Counted from the whole stretch's first letter, positions 37,776 to 47,694 are shown. The stretch is DNA of 63,655 bases, filler included, from Gemmatimonadota bacterium (GCA_003697105.1; 6 parts of 6 records of this genome joined end to end with filler, not necessarily neighbours in it), one strand, 5' to 3'. Translations and numbers: made by a program. Notes: generated by a model from the sequence alone, not told the origin.

Positions 37776-39710
37776 ATGACGATTGTCCATCCTGAGCCTA
37801 AATTTAATCTGAATGAGGTATTGGATCGAATTGATGTGCGCCAATTGCTGGCTAATTATCACCAGTTGTTCCATAGTGAATGGCTCATTGTAGATGATAC
37901 CGGAAGCGTGTTACACCAAGTACCCTCTCAAGTCTCTCTTTCTGGAGATGAAAAGGCTCAGGTGATAGCCACACTTGCCGGGCAGACGTACTATATTGAC
38001 GAACACGAAGCACCGCGGGTCGTATTCGGCGCAGCCCTGAAACTGTGGAACCGGAATTGGGGGTTTGTGGTGGGCACATCCACCGAACCGGTGGAAAAAG
38101 TCCGCTTGAGCCTACAAATGTTGTCTGAAACCCTTATCTACCGCCTCTCTAAAGAATTTGAGATCGAAAATATTGCTCAGGAACTGCTAGGTCAATACGA
38201 GCATCTGGAACTCCTCCACGACATCAGCTACAACATCGTTTCCCATCTGGATATCCCCACTACCACCCAATTTGTGCTGGAGAAAGCCATTGAAATCATC
38301 GACGCAGAAGATGGCGCCTTGCTCCTTTTTGAGCAATACAATTCGGAGAAAAATCTATACATTGATTCCGTCAGCAGTTATCAAAAACGGGGCGAAACAT
38401 TACCGGAACAGACCCGTCACGGGTTGGATGAAACGGTGATCGAGCGGCTGATAAATGAAGGTGAAGCTATTGTAGATAACCATGTGGAACGCGAAATTTT
38501 TCTGGTAAACGGAGACCCCCGCACCCGCATCCGGTCGGCACTGTGTATTCCGATGAAGACAAAGGAATCCGGTGTTTTAGGTGTGGTCATTCTCATCAAC
38601 AAGCGAGACACCACCGGCTTTACCTCTATGGATAAAAAATTACTGATCACCCTGACCACACAAGCCGGGCACATGCTGAAAAATGCGTACTTGTTTCACA
38701 GTCTGCAACGGGAAAAAAAGAGCATTGAACGCATCATGGATACCACCGCGGATGCCATTATTGTTACGGATCAGAACTTCCAACTGGTACGTATCAATGA
38801 AAGTGCAAAAGCACTTTTTCATCCGGAAAACAACACGGCAGACCCGAAACTGGCGGTCATTTTGTACAAGTTAGAAACCCTCAAAGCGGAGGCGGCGTAC
38901 TTTGATATTGCGTTTATGACCCCGCAAAGCACGATTTTATCCGTTCGCGCCAAAAAATTATGGGAAGACCAGCACGAACCCGCCGGCTGGGTGATTTCCT
39001 TCCAAAATATCACCGCGTTAAAAGAAGACGAACGGAAACGGCGCGAGATTGTTTCCTTTCTTGCCCAACCGATTCCAGTCGAAGCCGCTAATCTGATCGC
39101 CAAAATGTATCACCTGAAACAGCAGGTGCCACCGGAAACCGTGAATCCGGCAATGAAACATGCCAAACAAATCCAAAAACAGGCACACCGCCTATGGAAC
39201 TTTTTACAAATCATCGCCGGTCCCCTCCGTTTGGAACGTTCCAACATCAATGTGAACCGTTTGATTGAGACCACCATCGAACAAAAATCCTATCTATTTG
39301 ATGAGAAAGCCATTCGCGTGGAACTTCAACTCCCCGACGAACCCCTCATCAGCCGTATTGACCAAGACTGGTCCCAACAACTCATCGAAAGTTTGCTGGA
39401 AAATGCTATCCAAAGTTCCGCCCCCCATACCGCGGTACAAGTGCAACTCGAAGGACATCCCAGTGAGATTGTCATCCGCGTCATCAATGCCGGAAAAGGG
39501 GTTACCGATGAAGAACGCCGGTTATTATTCGATCCCATGCAACAATTGGAAGCCGTCGAACAAATGCACTGGGATGAAATTCGGATGGGGTTACCGTTTG
39601 CAAAGCACATCGTTGACGCTCATGGCGGCACATTGCATATCTCTTCCATCGAAGAGAATCCCGATGAGTGTATTGTGGAAGTAGTCCTGCCGCATGTTCA
39701 TCATTTTTAG
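37776..39710 (+). CDS. GAF-PAS-HATPase protein with degenerate kinase core
   Basis: GAF (LCIPMK..INKR..FTSMD), PAS, N-box LLENAIQ, HIVDAHGG. The expected H-box reads FLAQPIP with no His. Confidence 0.8.
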   Translation: MTIVHPEPKFNLNEVLDRIDVRQLLANYHQLFHSEWLIVDDTGSVLHQVPSQVSLSGDEKAQVIATLAGQTYYIDEHEAPRVVFGAALKLWNRNWGFVVGTSTEPVEKVRLSLQMLSETLIYRLSKEFEIENIAQELLGQYEHLELLHDISYNIVSHLDIPTTTQFVLEKAIEIIDAEDGALLLFEQYNSEKNLYIDSVSSYQKRGETLPEQTRHGLDETVIERLINEGEAIVDNHVEREIFLVNGDPRTRIRSALCIPMKTKESGVLGVVILINKRDTTGFTSMDKKLLITLTTQAGHMLKNAYLFHSLQREKKSIERIMDTTADAIIVTDQNFQLVRINESAKALFHPENNTADPKLAVILYKLETLKAEAAYFDIAFMTPQSTILSVRAKKLWEDQHEPAGWVISFQNITALKEDERKRREIVSFLAQPIPVEAANLIAKMYHLKQQVPPETVNPAMKHAKQIQKQAHRLWNFLQIIAGPLRLERSNINVNRLIETTIEQKSYLFDEKAIRVELQLPDEPLISRIDQDWSQQLIESLLENAIQSSAPHTAVQVQLEGHPSEIVIRVINAGKGVTDEERRLLFDPMQQLEAVEQMHWDEIRMGLPFAKHIVDAHGGTLHISSIEENPDECIVEVVLPHVHHF

Positions 39711-39725
39711 TAAAGAGGGCTTGGA

Positions 39726-39938
39726 ATGATTGTTATTTATGAACGCCTTAGCGCCGGTATTGCCATTTTTGAGAGCAAAGCTGGGTCCGTGTTGGAAATA
39801 AAAGTAGAAGAACTGCCGGCTCACGTGCGACCCGGCGAAGCATATCAGGTGGAATGGAAAGCGGCACCAGAAGTCACGGCGGCATATCGCCAGCAACTCC
39901 AGCAATTGGAACAAGAGACCCGATCTATCCCGGATTAG
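39726..39938 (+). CDS. Small DUF3006-like protein
   Basis: Pattern IYERL..IAIFE...LPAHVRPG followed by a C-terminal helix. RBS-like GAGGG upstream. Confidence 0.55.
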   Translation: MIVIYERLSAGIAIFESKAGSVLEIKVEELPAHVRPGEAYQVEWKAAPEVTAAYRQQLQQLEQETRSIPD

Positions 39939-40875
39939 CCACCGGAAAATAAAGCGAAAAGGTGGAACCCTCGTTTACCACACTAGACACTTCGATTTTA
40001 CCCCCCATAATCTTCATTGCCTGTTTCACAATTGCCAAACCAATGCCTAACCCTTGTTGTTCCCGCTCATCGCGATTATATTGGTAAAATGGCTCAAAAA
40101 TTAGCGGTATAACTGCCAGAGGTAAACCGATACCATTATCGGTCACGGTTACCGTCACGTAGTTTTCCACATAACCAAGCTCGACATCGATTTGTAATGA
40201 ACGTTCCGGAGCGGCGAACTTGCGGGCATTATCCAGCACACGTAACAGCACATCATCCAGTAAATCCGGGCAGACCAAAGCAAGCGGGGGTATCTGAAGT
40301 TATAATATCGCGTAGCGTTAATTCCGGGTGCGCCGTACCGAAAGTGCGGATCGCCGTTTGAACCCGTGCCAGTAAAGGGATCGATTCACAGTGTTCCCGG
40401 TACAGAAAAAAACCACTATCTGACTGCAAATAAATCAATTGGGTAAAGTCATCCATTAATTTGGAAATCCGATTACATGCCCAGCGCATCATGTGAAGCC
40501 ATTCTTGAAGTTGGTCTGGAGTAAACTCGATTTCCGGGCAGGTCAGTAAATCCGTCCAGCCCTGAATGGTCGTGAGCGGGGTCATAATTTCATGGCGGAG
40601 ATGAAATAAAATATCATTTTTCAGACGGTCGGCTTCCTGAGCGATCACTCGGCGGCGTTCTTTAGCTCGTTTGAGTTTACCTTTTACTGTCGAGATCAAA
40701 TCCATACTTTCAAAGGGTTTTTTGATATAGTCATCAACACCAAGTTCTTTGCCAAACCGCACATCTGGGAGAGCGGTTTTCGCCGTGAGAAACACAAACG
40801 GAATGACCGCCAATTCAGGGTCATTCCGTAACTGATTATCAAAATCGTACCCGTTCATTTCCGGCATCATTATAT
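39925..40875 (-). pseudogene. Disrupted REC-histidine kinase (5' end cut by an IS, plus internal frameshift)
   Basis: Begins mid-REC at (D)IMMPEMNG next to an IS end. H-box LRHEIMTPL. Frameshift at the G5 run 40286-40290. HATPase continues in another frame (DNARKF, DNGIG, GLGIGL). Confidence 0.8.
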
Positions 40876-40972
40876 CAATACCTTCGCCAAAAGTGACCTT
40901 TTAGGCTGTATGAATAGCGCCAATTCCGGCGAGATGGTTTTTGATTTGTTGAATTAAAATTGGGTGAGCCAA
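40876..40972 (-). mobile_element. Right end of a putative IS (IS4-like) with the transposase 3' end
   Basis: Terminal CAATACCTTCGCCAAAA is identical to 60650-60666. The minus strand encodes ...LAHPILIQQIKNHLAGIGAIHTA* just inside it. It interrupts a gene and sits at a contig break. Confidence 0.65.
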
Positions 40973-41072
40973 NNNNNNNNNNNNNNNNNNNNNNNNNNNN
41001 NNNNNNNNNNNNNNNNTTAATTAATTAANNNNNNNNNNNNNNNNNNNNNNNNNNNNNNNNNNNNNNNNNNNN
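40973..41072. other. Artificial contig linker
   Basis: N-runs plus TTAATTAATTAA. Confidence 0.98.
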
Positions 41073-41111
41073 CCTTACATATTATTGACGTTTCGTAGGG
41101 GTGACGTAAGG

Positions 41112-41196
41112 TGGTTTTTTTACCCCTACCGGATGTGGTTTGGGTGTTTAGTTGCTTATTTATCTGTAAGTTTCCTATTGATGGTTTTTTTACCCC
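41112..41196. promoter_or_regulatory. Two identical 15-bp sites, putative bEBP enhancer
   Basis: TGGTTTTTTTACCCC at 41112-41126 and 41182-41196, immediately downstream of the NtrC-like gene. Confidence 0.5.
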
Positions 41197-41218
41197 ATTA
41201 TTGACAAGGTTGCGGTCG

Positions 41219-42604
41219 TCAAGATTTATACTGGTCTAATGAGATATTATATTTTTTCATTTTCTGCCAAAAGTTTTTTTTATCAATGCCAGCTTTACGG
41301 GCAGCGGCGGTCATGTTTCCCTTGCAAAGGGTTAGTAAATGCGAGATATAACTTCGTTCAAATTGGGAAACTGCCTGTTGTTTTGCCTCCTTAAATGGAA
41401 GGGTCGCACTCGCGTCTGGATCATTGGAGAAAATCGAAATGCCGATATCTTCAGGAGAAATAACAGAAGTACGGGTAATGAGCACCGCTCGTTGGATGAC
41501 ATTTTCTAACTCGCGGATATTCCCGACCCACTCGCCTGCCATCAATTTTTGCATAGCTTCTGCGGAAAATTCCACGACCCCTTTATTAAATTTCTGGGCG
41601 TACTTTTCAATGAAATGGCAAGAGAGTAACGGAATATCTTCCCGACGGTCACGCAATGGTGGTACATAGATGTTCATCACGTTCAAACGGTAATAAAGGT
41701 CTTCCCGGAATTGTTTTTTTTCGACTTCTTCCCGCAAGTTTTTATTGGTGGCGGCAATAAATCGAACATCTACTTTAATGGGACGGCTTGACCCGACCCG
41801 GCGAATTTCGTTTTCCTGCAATGCACGGAGCAATTTCACCTGTGTGGCTTGGCTCATTTCGGTCACTTCATCTAAAAAGAGGGTCCCGTGGCTAGCTTCC
41901 TCAATAATCCCCACCGAATGTCGATCCGCTCCGGTAAATGCGCCGCGCATGTGGCCAAAAAGTTCGCTCTCCAATAATGATTCCGGTAAGGCACCGCAAT
42001 TGATTGCAATAAATGGGTTGCCCGCACGATTACCAGAATAATGAATCGCACGGGCAACGAGTTCTTTACCCACACCGCTCTCACCCTCGATCACAACCGG
42101 TACATCCGCATTGGCAACCGTGGCGATCTGTTTGAGAACGTTTTGAATTGCCAGACTCCGTCCGATGATCGAATCACTCAAATTTTTATCGCGAACTTGT
42201 TTTTGCAATAAATCCACTTGATGCCGTAGCTGTTGCCGGTCAATCAACCGGTTGACACGGACGATCACATCTTTCAAATTAAACGGTTTTGTGATGTAAT
42301 CATCAATTCCTTGTTGGAGTAATTCAACTGCATGATCGATTTTGCCATGAGCCGTAATCAACATGGTTGCCGTATATGGTGAAACCTGGTTTACTTGCCG
42401 GAGAATCTCATCCCCAGGGACGTTAGGTAGCATGTAATCTGAAATGACCAGATCGTACACCTCTCTGTTGATGAGATCCATGCCTTCTTGACCATCACCT
42501 ATTTGGGTGACATCATATCCGATGGATGCAAATCCCGCTTTCAGTACCCGTCCGACAGAGGCTTCATCTTCAATGATTAAAATTTTTGCAGGTGCTATTT
42601 CCAT
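41219..42604 (-). CDS. Sigma54-dependent response regulator (NtrC family), paralog of 34688-36058
   Basis: REC, GESGVGKE, GAFTGA, FREDLYYRL, HTH KNFWQK. Confidence 0.95.
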   Translation of the reverse strand: MEIAPAKILIIEDEASVGRVLKAGFASIGYDVTQIGDGQEGMDLINREVYDLVISDYMLPNVPGDEILRQVNQVSPYTATMLITAHGKIDHAVELLQQGIDDYITKPFNLKDVIVRVNRLIDRQQLRHQVDLLQKQVRDKNLSDSIIGRSLAIQNVLKQIATVANADVPVVIEGESGVGKELVARAIHYSGNRAGNPFIAINCGALPESLLESELFGHMRGAFTGADRHSVGIIEEASHGTLFLDEVTEMSQATQVKLLRALQENEIRRVGSSRPIKVDVRFIAATNKNLREEVEKKQFREDLYYRLNVMNIYVPPLRDRREDIPLLSCHFIEKYAQKFNKGVVEFSAEAMQKLMAGEWVGNIRELENVIQRAVLITRTSVISPEDIGISIFSNDPDASATLPFKEAKQQAVSQFERSYISHLLTLCKGNMTAAARKAGIDKKNFWQKMKKYNISLDQYKS

Positions 42605-42672
42605 AGTGAAATGCCTATCTCCTTACGGTGATCTATCCGTAAACTTTATCTGAAAAAACATGGCTTTGTATC

Positions 42673-42743
42673 GGATAATGTTGAAGCTGTGCGGCACAAA
42701 CGAAGCGCGCATAGTTTGCACCCAAACGAGTGCCTTGTTAGCC
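42673..42743 (-). mobile_element. attC recombination site (59-base-element type)
   Basis: Minus strand reads GGCTAAC AAGGC ACTCGTTTGGGTGCAAAC...GTTTGTGCCGCACAGCTTCAAC ATTATCC: RYYYAAC inverse core, imperfect hairpin, degenerate core site. Confidence 0.7.
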
Positions 42744-43097
42744 ACAGCCATCATTAGCGCTTTTGTTCTCATTTTCCAATGATTCGATTATTGCGATGTA
42801 ATGCTTTTCTCGTGAAATTATTGCAAAACCATATAACACTACTATCGCGATGATAAAAAATATAAACAACACCACGATAGGCAACAAAAGAACACTTGTT
42901 GTCATTAATGACGCATGGAGCGAGTTTGTTTTTAACGCCTCGGCAACATACACTGGATTTACCAAATATGGAACTTTTATAAACATGAAAACGATCATTG
43001 AAGCTAGAAAAATAAGCATTATTACCGCCACTGAACTCCACAGAGAAATTAGATGCTTTCTCTTTCTAATAAATTCATGATCTCGTTTATCAAGCAT
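42738..43097 (-). CDS. Hypothetical 2-TM membrane protein (integron cassette ORF)
   Basis: AT-rich 119-aa ORF. The stop TAA lies within GGCTAAC. GTTAGCC core site (43116-43122) is 18 nt upstream of the ATG. Confidence 0.7.
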   Translation of the reverse strand: MLDKRDHEFIRKRKHLISLWSSVAVIMLIFLASMIVFMFIKVPYLVNPVYVAEALKTNSLHASLMTTSVLLLPIVVLFIFFIIAIVVLYGFAIISREKHYIAIIESLENENKSANDGCG

Positions 43098-43200
43098 GTA
43101 GAAATATATTTTTATGGCTAACGCAGATTTCAGTTGGGAACAAAACCTGTGAATCGGAGACTTTATATCTGGGTGGTGTCCTGTACTCTAAAGATGACAT

Positions 43201-45351
43201 TTAGAGTTCCAGACGTTTTAATTCCTTAAGGATAATTTCGGGGGTTAATATTTCCGGCAATAGGACCGGCGCTTCACCCGGTTTTCCGGTGGAAAACACA
43301 TAAACGGGTACGCTATTCCGTCCGAATTTGGCAATCTCCTCACCAATGACCGGGTCTCGGGATGTCCAATCGGCTTCGAGAGTCACCACGCCCAATTCGG
43401 CGAATTTTTTCTCCACTTTAGCCGAGTGGAGCGCTACCTTTTTGTTGACTTGGCAACTGAGGCACCATTTGGCGGTAAAATCAATGAAATACGGGGTGCC
43501 CGCTGCTTTTAATTCTGCGACGCGTTCCGGAGAAAAGGGTTCCCAGACCACGCCGTGTTGGCTGGTAGCTTCCAGTGGTGCGGCTTCAACGGGGGCTTCT
43601 GCGAACTTTGTTCCACTAAACGAAAACAGAATGCCTCCCATCAGTGCCAAAATTGCGACCGTGCGGGCAATGATCAGCGGGATCCCGTCTTCTTCACTCC
43701 AGCGTCCCCACACCCAAACTCCTAGACCGGCAGTCAATAAGCCAATCAATAAGACCGAGACCGTATTAATGCCGGTTTGGTGACCTAATGTCCAGACCAA
43801 CCAGACGACTGTTGCCATTAACAAAAATCCCATAAATTGCTTTAAGGATTCCATCCAACGCCCCGGTTTGGGAACGTACTTTAACAATGCCGGGCTGGAG
43901 GTGAGTACCACATACGGAAATGCCATCCCGAGACCCAATGCTGTAAAAACCATGATCGAAATCCAAGCCGGTTGAACCAAGGCAAACCCGAGTGCCGCAC
44001 CCATAAATGGTGCTGTGCAAGGGGTGGCGACAATCGTTGCTAAAATTCCGCTAAAAAATGATCCGGCAAAGCCACCTTTGTTTTGCTGGCTTGCGCCAAC
44101 ACCGGTTAGAGATTCCCCAATTTCAAACACTCCAAACATATTTAACCCCATTAAAAACATTAACAACGAAAGAGCAATTAAAAATGGGGGAGATTGTAGT
44201 TGAAAGCCCCAACCGAGCTGCTCTCCACCTGCCCGTAATATTAAAAGTACGCCGGCAAGCGCCCAAAAGGAGATGAGTACCCCCAATGTGAAGACTAAAC
44301 CGTGCACCCACGGGGAGGTATGAGATTCATTGGCTTGTTTGACAAAACCTAGAATTTTAAGTGATAATACAGGTAATACGCAAGGCATTAGGTTTAGAAT
44401 CATGCCGCCTAGGAATGCGGAGAGGAACATCAACAAAATTTGACCGGCTGCGACGCCCGGTGTGGGGGCGGATTGCGAGACCGTAGTCTCCGAAAACGAT
44501 GATTTTAGCGGTGTATCCACATTTAGGGCTTTTTCTGAACCCGGACCTCGCCAGCCCACCGAGGAAACTAGGACACCGCTGATTTTTTCCGGGATTTCCT
44601 CAGCGTATTCATCTAACCGAACTTTCAGATGGTACTGATTGCCGTTCTTTGTAAGATACTGTTTCGCATTATGGTTGACCACCATTTCCTGACGGCAGAA
44701 AAATTCAACATCCGTTAATTCGGCATCAAACCACTCGGGTGGGGTAATTTGAAAAATCACGAAGGAATCGGTTTTAGCGGCTTCTACCTGCCAGTCCTTT
44801 AGTTCAAGGGGGAGCAACGTGCGAGTGTGCGCGAATGCTTCTTGCCATTTAGGGTTAATCGAAGGGGTTTCGGCGCGAACCGGTAAAGTTAAGCTTAAAT
44901 CGACGGATTCTGGGATACAGATGTCCTTACATACGAGCCAATTGGCGGTAGCTTTAATTTCCACCGGGTCCTCATTCAGGGTTTCTGGCGCGGTGACCTC
45001 TGAAATGAGGAAAATTTCGCCACCGAAACCATAATTTGTGACGCCTTCCACAGAAATGCGGTGGGGATAGGGCCACTTAATTTCACCAACTTTAAATCCA
45101 TCCGGTAATTTCCACTCAATTTCCGGGGGGAGTCCTGCATCGCCGGGATTTTCCCAGTAAACGTGCCACTCTTTTTGCATTTTTAAGCGGAGCGCGACCT
45201 CAAAGGTTTGTCCGGGTTGGATGGATTCTAAAGGGGTCACCAATTCGGCTTCAACATGATCGGTTTTGACGGATTTTGCGGAAACAAGGGTGCTCCACAG
45301 AAAACTCGATGTGATTAATAGGGTAATTAGAGATAATAATCTTCGGTTCAT
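43201..45351 (-). CDS. dsbD: Thiol:disulfide interchange protein (DsbD family)
   Basis: Signal peptide, HVYWENPGDAG, WLVCKDICIP, NLMPCVLP, ATPCTAPF, thioredoxin WCLSC. Confidence 0.92.
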   Translation of the reverse strand: MNRRLLSLITLLITSSFLWSTLVSAKSVKTDHVEAELVTPLESIQPGQTFEVALRLKMQKEWHVYWENPGDAGLPPEIEWKLPDGFKVGEIKWPYPHRISVEGVTNYGFGGEIFLISEVTAPETLNEDPVEIKATANWLVCKDICIPESVDLSLTLPVRAETPSINPKWQEAFAHTRTLLPLELKDWQVEAAKTDSFVIFQITPPEWFDAELTDVEFFCRQEMVVNHNAKQYLTKNGNQYHLKVRLDEYAEEIPEKISGVLVSSVGWRGPGSEKALNVDTPLKSSFSETTVSQSAPTPGVAAGQILLMFLSAFLGGMILNLMPCVLPVLSLKILGFVKQANESHTSPWVHGLVFTLGVLISFWALAGVLLILRAGGEQLGWGFQLQSPPFLIALSLLMFLMGLNMFGVFEIGESLTGVGASQQNKGGFAGSFFSGILATIVATPCTAPFMGAALGFALVQPAWISIMVFTALGLGMAFPYVVLTSSPALLKYVPKPGRWMESLKQFMGFLLMATVVWLVWTLGHQTGINTVSVLLIGLLTAGLGVWVWGRWSEEDGIPLIIARTVAILALMGGILFSFSGTKFAEAPVEAAPLEATSQHGVVWEPFSPERVAELKAAGTPYFIDFTAKWCLSCQVNKKVALHSAKVEKKFAELGVVTLEADWTSRDPVIGEEIAKFGRNSVPVYVFSTGKPGEAPVLLPEILTPEIILKELKRLEL

Positions 45352-45417
45352 GAGTGATAACTTTCTCGAATGATGTTTGGTAATAATGAGTTTGCAGAGA
45401 TTCCCGATGTATTTTGT

Positions 45418-47424
45418 TTATAATGATTTTTCAAGCAGTTCTACGACATCTACGGTTTGGACGGTTTCGGTCTTGTCGTGGGTGCGGATTCCATCCGTGA
45501 GCATGGTCATACAGAAGGGGCAAGCAGATGCCACGGTTTTAGCACCGGTGTCAAGGGCTTCTTTTGCTCGATTTTCATTGATGCGGGTTCCTTCCGTTTC
45601 TTCCATCCACATGCGAGCACCCCCGGCACCACAGCAGAACCCGTTTGCTTTGGAACGTTCCATTTCGATTATTTGGCTACCGGGGATAGCCTTCAAAATG
45701 TCACGTTGAGGCTGGTACACATTATTGTGACGCCCCAGATAACACGAATCATGATACGTGATGGTATCTGGCAGAGCTTTGCTGGGTTTGAGTTTGCCCT
45801 GTTGGATCAAATCCGCTACCAATTCCGTGTGGTGAACAACCTCATAATTTCCTCCGAACTGCGGATATTCGTTTTTCAAGGTATGGTAGCAATGCGGGCA
45901 GGCGGTGACAATCTTTTTCACCTGATAACCCTCCAGCGTCTCAATGTTCATCTGGGCTTGCATCTGGAAGAGGTACTCATTCCCCATTCGCCGAGCAGAG
46001 TCCCCGGTACAACTTTCTTCTTCGCCCAAAATACTGAAGCTAACACCCGCGTGTTGCAGCACTTTCACCAATGATTGGGAGACCTTTTGGTTGCGGGCAT
46101 CAAAAGCACCGGCACAGCCAACCCAAAATAGATATTCCACATCCGCGTTTTCCGCCATAGTGGTGACATTCAGTCCTTCTGCCCATTCGGTACGGCGGGC
46201 TTGTCCAATCCCCCACGGATCGCCTTGATTTTCGATGCCGCGCAGGGCAGTTTGTGCCTCTTCGGGGAACTCGCTCTCCATCAGCATCAAACTCTGGCGC
46301 AAGCCGATCAATTTGGGCACATGTTCAATGTAAAATGGGCAACGATTCATGCAGGCGCCGCAGGTGGTGCAATCCCAGATTTCGGCAGGGGTGAGGGTCT
46401 CTCCCACAATCAGCGGTAAATCGATTTCCGTTGTGGAATCCTGTCCGTTGCCGTTTTTTCCCTTTTGATTTGCCAGAATGGTTTCCGATTGGTCGAGCAA
46501 ATGGTTGCGCAGGTCGATAATCAATTTTTTGGGGTCTAGTGCTTTTTCGGTGGTGTAGGTGGGGCAGTATGTTCGGCAACGTCCACATTCCACGCAAGAA
46601 TAGAGGTCAAGGAGTTGTTTCCAGGAATAATCGGTGATCTGGGTCACACCAAATTTTTCCGCGTCTTCATCTTCCAAATCAAGGGGCGTAATGGTCGCCG
46701 GGGATTCTAGGTTGCGGAAATACTCGTTAAAGGGGCACGCGATCAAATGAAAATGTTTGGAGTACGGAATGTAAACTAAAAAGCTAAGGATCAACACCAT
46801 ATGCGCCCACCAAAAGCTGTGGTATGCCAAATCATTGGCGCCGCCTACCGCGTGCAGCGTCGTCCCGATAGGTGATAAGGGATGTTCTGAGGGCTGGAAT
46901 GCTACCATACCCAAATATGTTACCATTAACCCAAAGATCAAGCCGCCCACAATCAGGGATTCCGCGTGGTGATGTTGAATTTCACCGCCAACTACCGTGG
47001 TATAGGAAAGTTCTTTGGGTTTGAAGACATAACGCCGGATAATGAGTGCAATGATGCCAATCGAGACTAGGATGGCAAATATATCGACGAGAAAGATATA
47101 GCCAATTTCGAGTGGCTGTAAAAACCCGATGAAAAAAGTGAACCGGTCGGAGATCAAGCCGCGCCCGATTTCCGTCAGAGTAGTGAGAGAAAAGGCGACG
47201 AATCCCCAGAAGACAAACGCATGCATCAGCCCGGAAAATCGCTCTTCAATGACCCGTTTTTGCAAGAAGACGTTAATTAAGGTAACGGTCAATCGCTCGC
47301 CGGGACGATCAAAACGGTTTTCATCTGTACCGGCTTTTAGGAGGGCGATGCGCTCCCGAATTTTTCGGACAAATAAAACGATGGCAACAACAAGGATAAC
47401 CAAAAATAAGATACGGCTGATCAT
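45418..47424 (-). CDS. Membrane Fe-S oxidoreductase (FadF/HdrD-like: TM domain, 2x[4Fe-4S], two CCG domains)
   Basis: YSKHFH, CVECGRC..CP, CTTCGAC..CP, WVGC, ACPHC, HDSCYLGR, CCGAGG, ACPFC. Confidence 0.92.
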   Translation of the reverse strand: MISRILFLVILVVAIVLFVRKIRERIALLKAGTDENRFDRPGERLTVTLINVFLQKRVIEERFSGLMHAFVFWGFVAFSLTTLTEIGRGLISDRFTFFIGFLQPLEIGYIFLVDIFAILVSIGIIALIIRRYVFKPKELSYTTVVGGEIQHHHAESLIVGGLIFGLMVTYLGMVAFQPSEHPLSPIGTTLHAVGGANDLAYHSFWWAHMVLILSFLVYIPYSKHFHLIACPFNEYFRNLESPATITPLDLEDEDAEKFGVTQITDYSWKQLLDLYSCVECGRCRTYCPTYTTEKALDPKKLIIDLRNHLLDQSETILANQKGKNGNGQDSTTEIDLPLIVGETLTPAEIWDCTTCGACMNRCPFYIEHVPKLIGLRQSLMLMESEFPEEAQTALRGIENQGDPWGIGQARRTEWAEGLNVTTMAENADVEYLFWVGCAGAFDARNQKVSQSLVKVLQHAGVSFSILGEEESCTGDSARRMGNEYLFQMQAQMNIETLEGYQVKKIVTACPHCYHTLKNEYPQFGGNYEVVHHTELVADLIQQGKLKPSKALPDTITYHDSCYLGRHNNVYQPQRDILKAIPGSQIIEMERSKANGFCCGAGGARMWMEETEGTRINENRAKEALDTGAKTVASACPFCMTMLTDGIRTHDKTETVQTVDVVELLEKSL

Positions 47425-47584
47425 CGGGCAACCTCTCTCGGAATAATGGATATTAAGACAAGGTGTTCTGGGGGCTCAATATAACCGGATTGCTAGATGA
47501 GATCAAGCCAAATATCGACCTCTATTTATGGAAGAGATTTGTTACCAGATAATCACAAAATCCTATATTTTCAGATATTTTTTC

Positions 47585-47613
47585 TTGCCAAATTTCTGCT
47601 TTTATGCTATTGT
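47585..47613 (+). promoter_or_regulatory. Sigma70-type promoter of the rsbS operon
   Basis: TTGCCA-17 bp-TATTGT with extended -10 TG. Confidence 0.5.
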
Positions 47614-47694
47614 GAGGTTGCCGTTTCCCGCTATACTCTTCAAGTGTACACAACGAATTTGACATTATTTTTTCGGAACTGTTAAGGACGCGCT

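Noticed and set aside
39925-40870. Programmed frameshift or two separate genes
   Set aside because: A single-base slip in a G5 run in a gene already cut by an IS end; decay or sequencing error is simpler.
41095-41129. GTAGGGGT...ACCCCTAC hairpin as a REP (and a similar weak hairpin at about 51788-51811)
   Set aside because: Short stems that do not match the 16943 REP family and overlap the putative enhancer site. Support is insufficient.
45377-46597. Long antisense ORFs over conserved genes (also 2107-2736, 4443-5093, 7126-7797, 55668-56309)
   Set aside because: They lie opposite well-supported genes and show no recognisable motifs.
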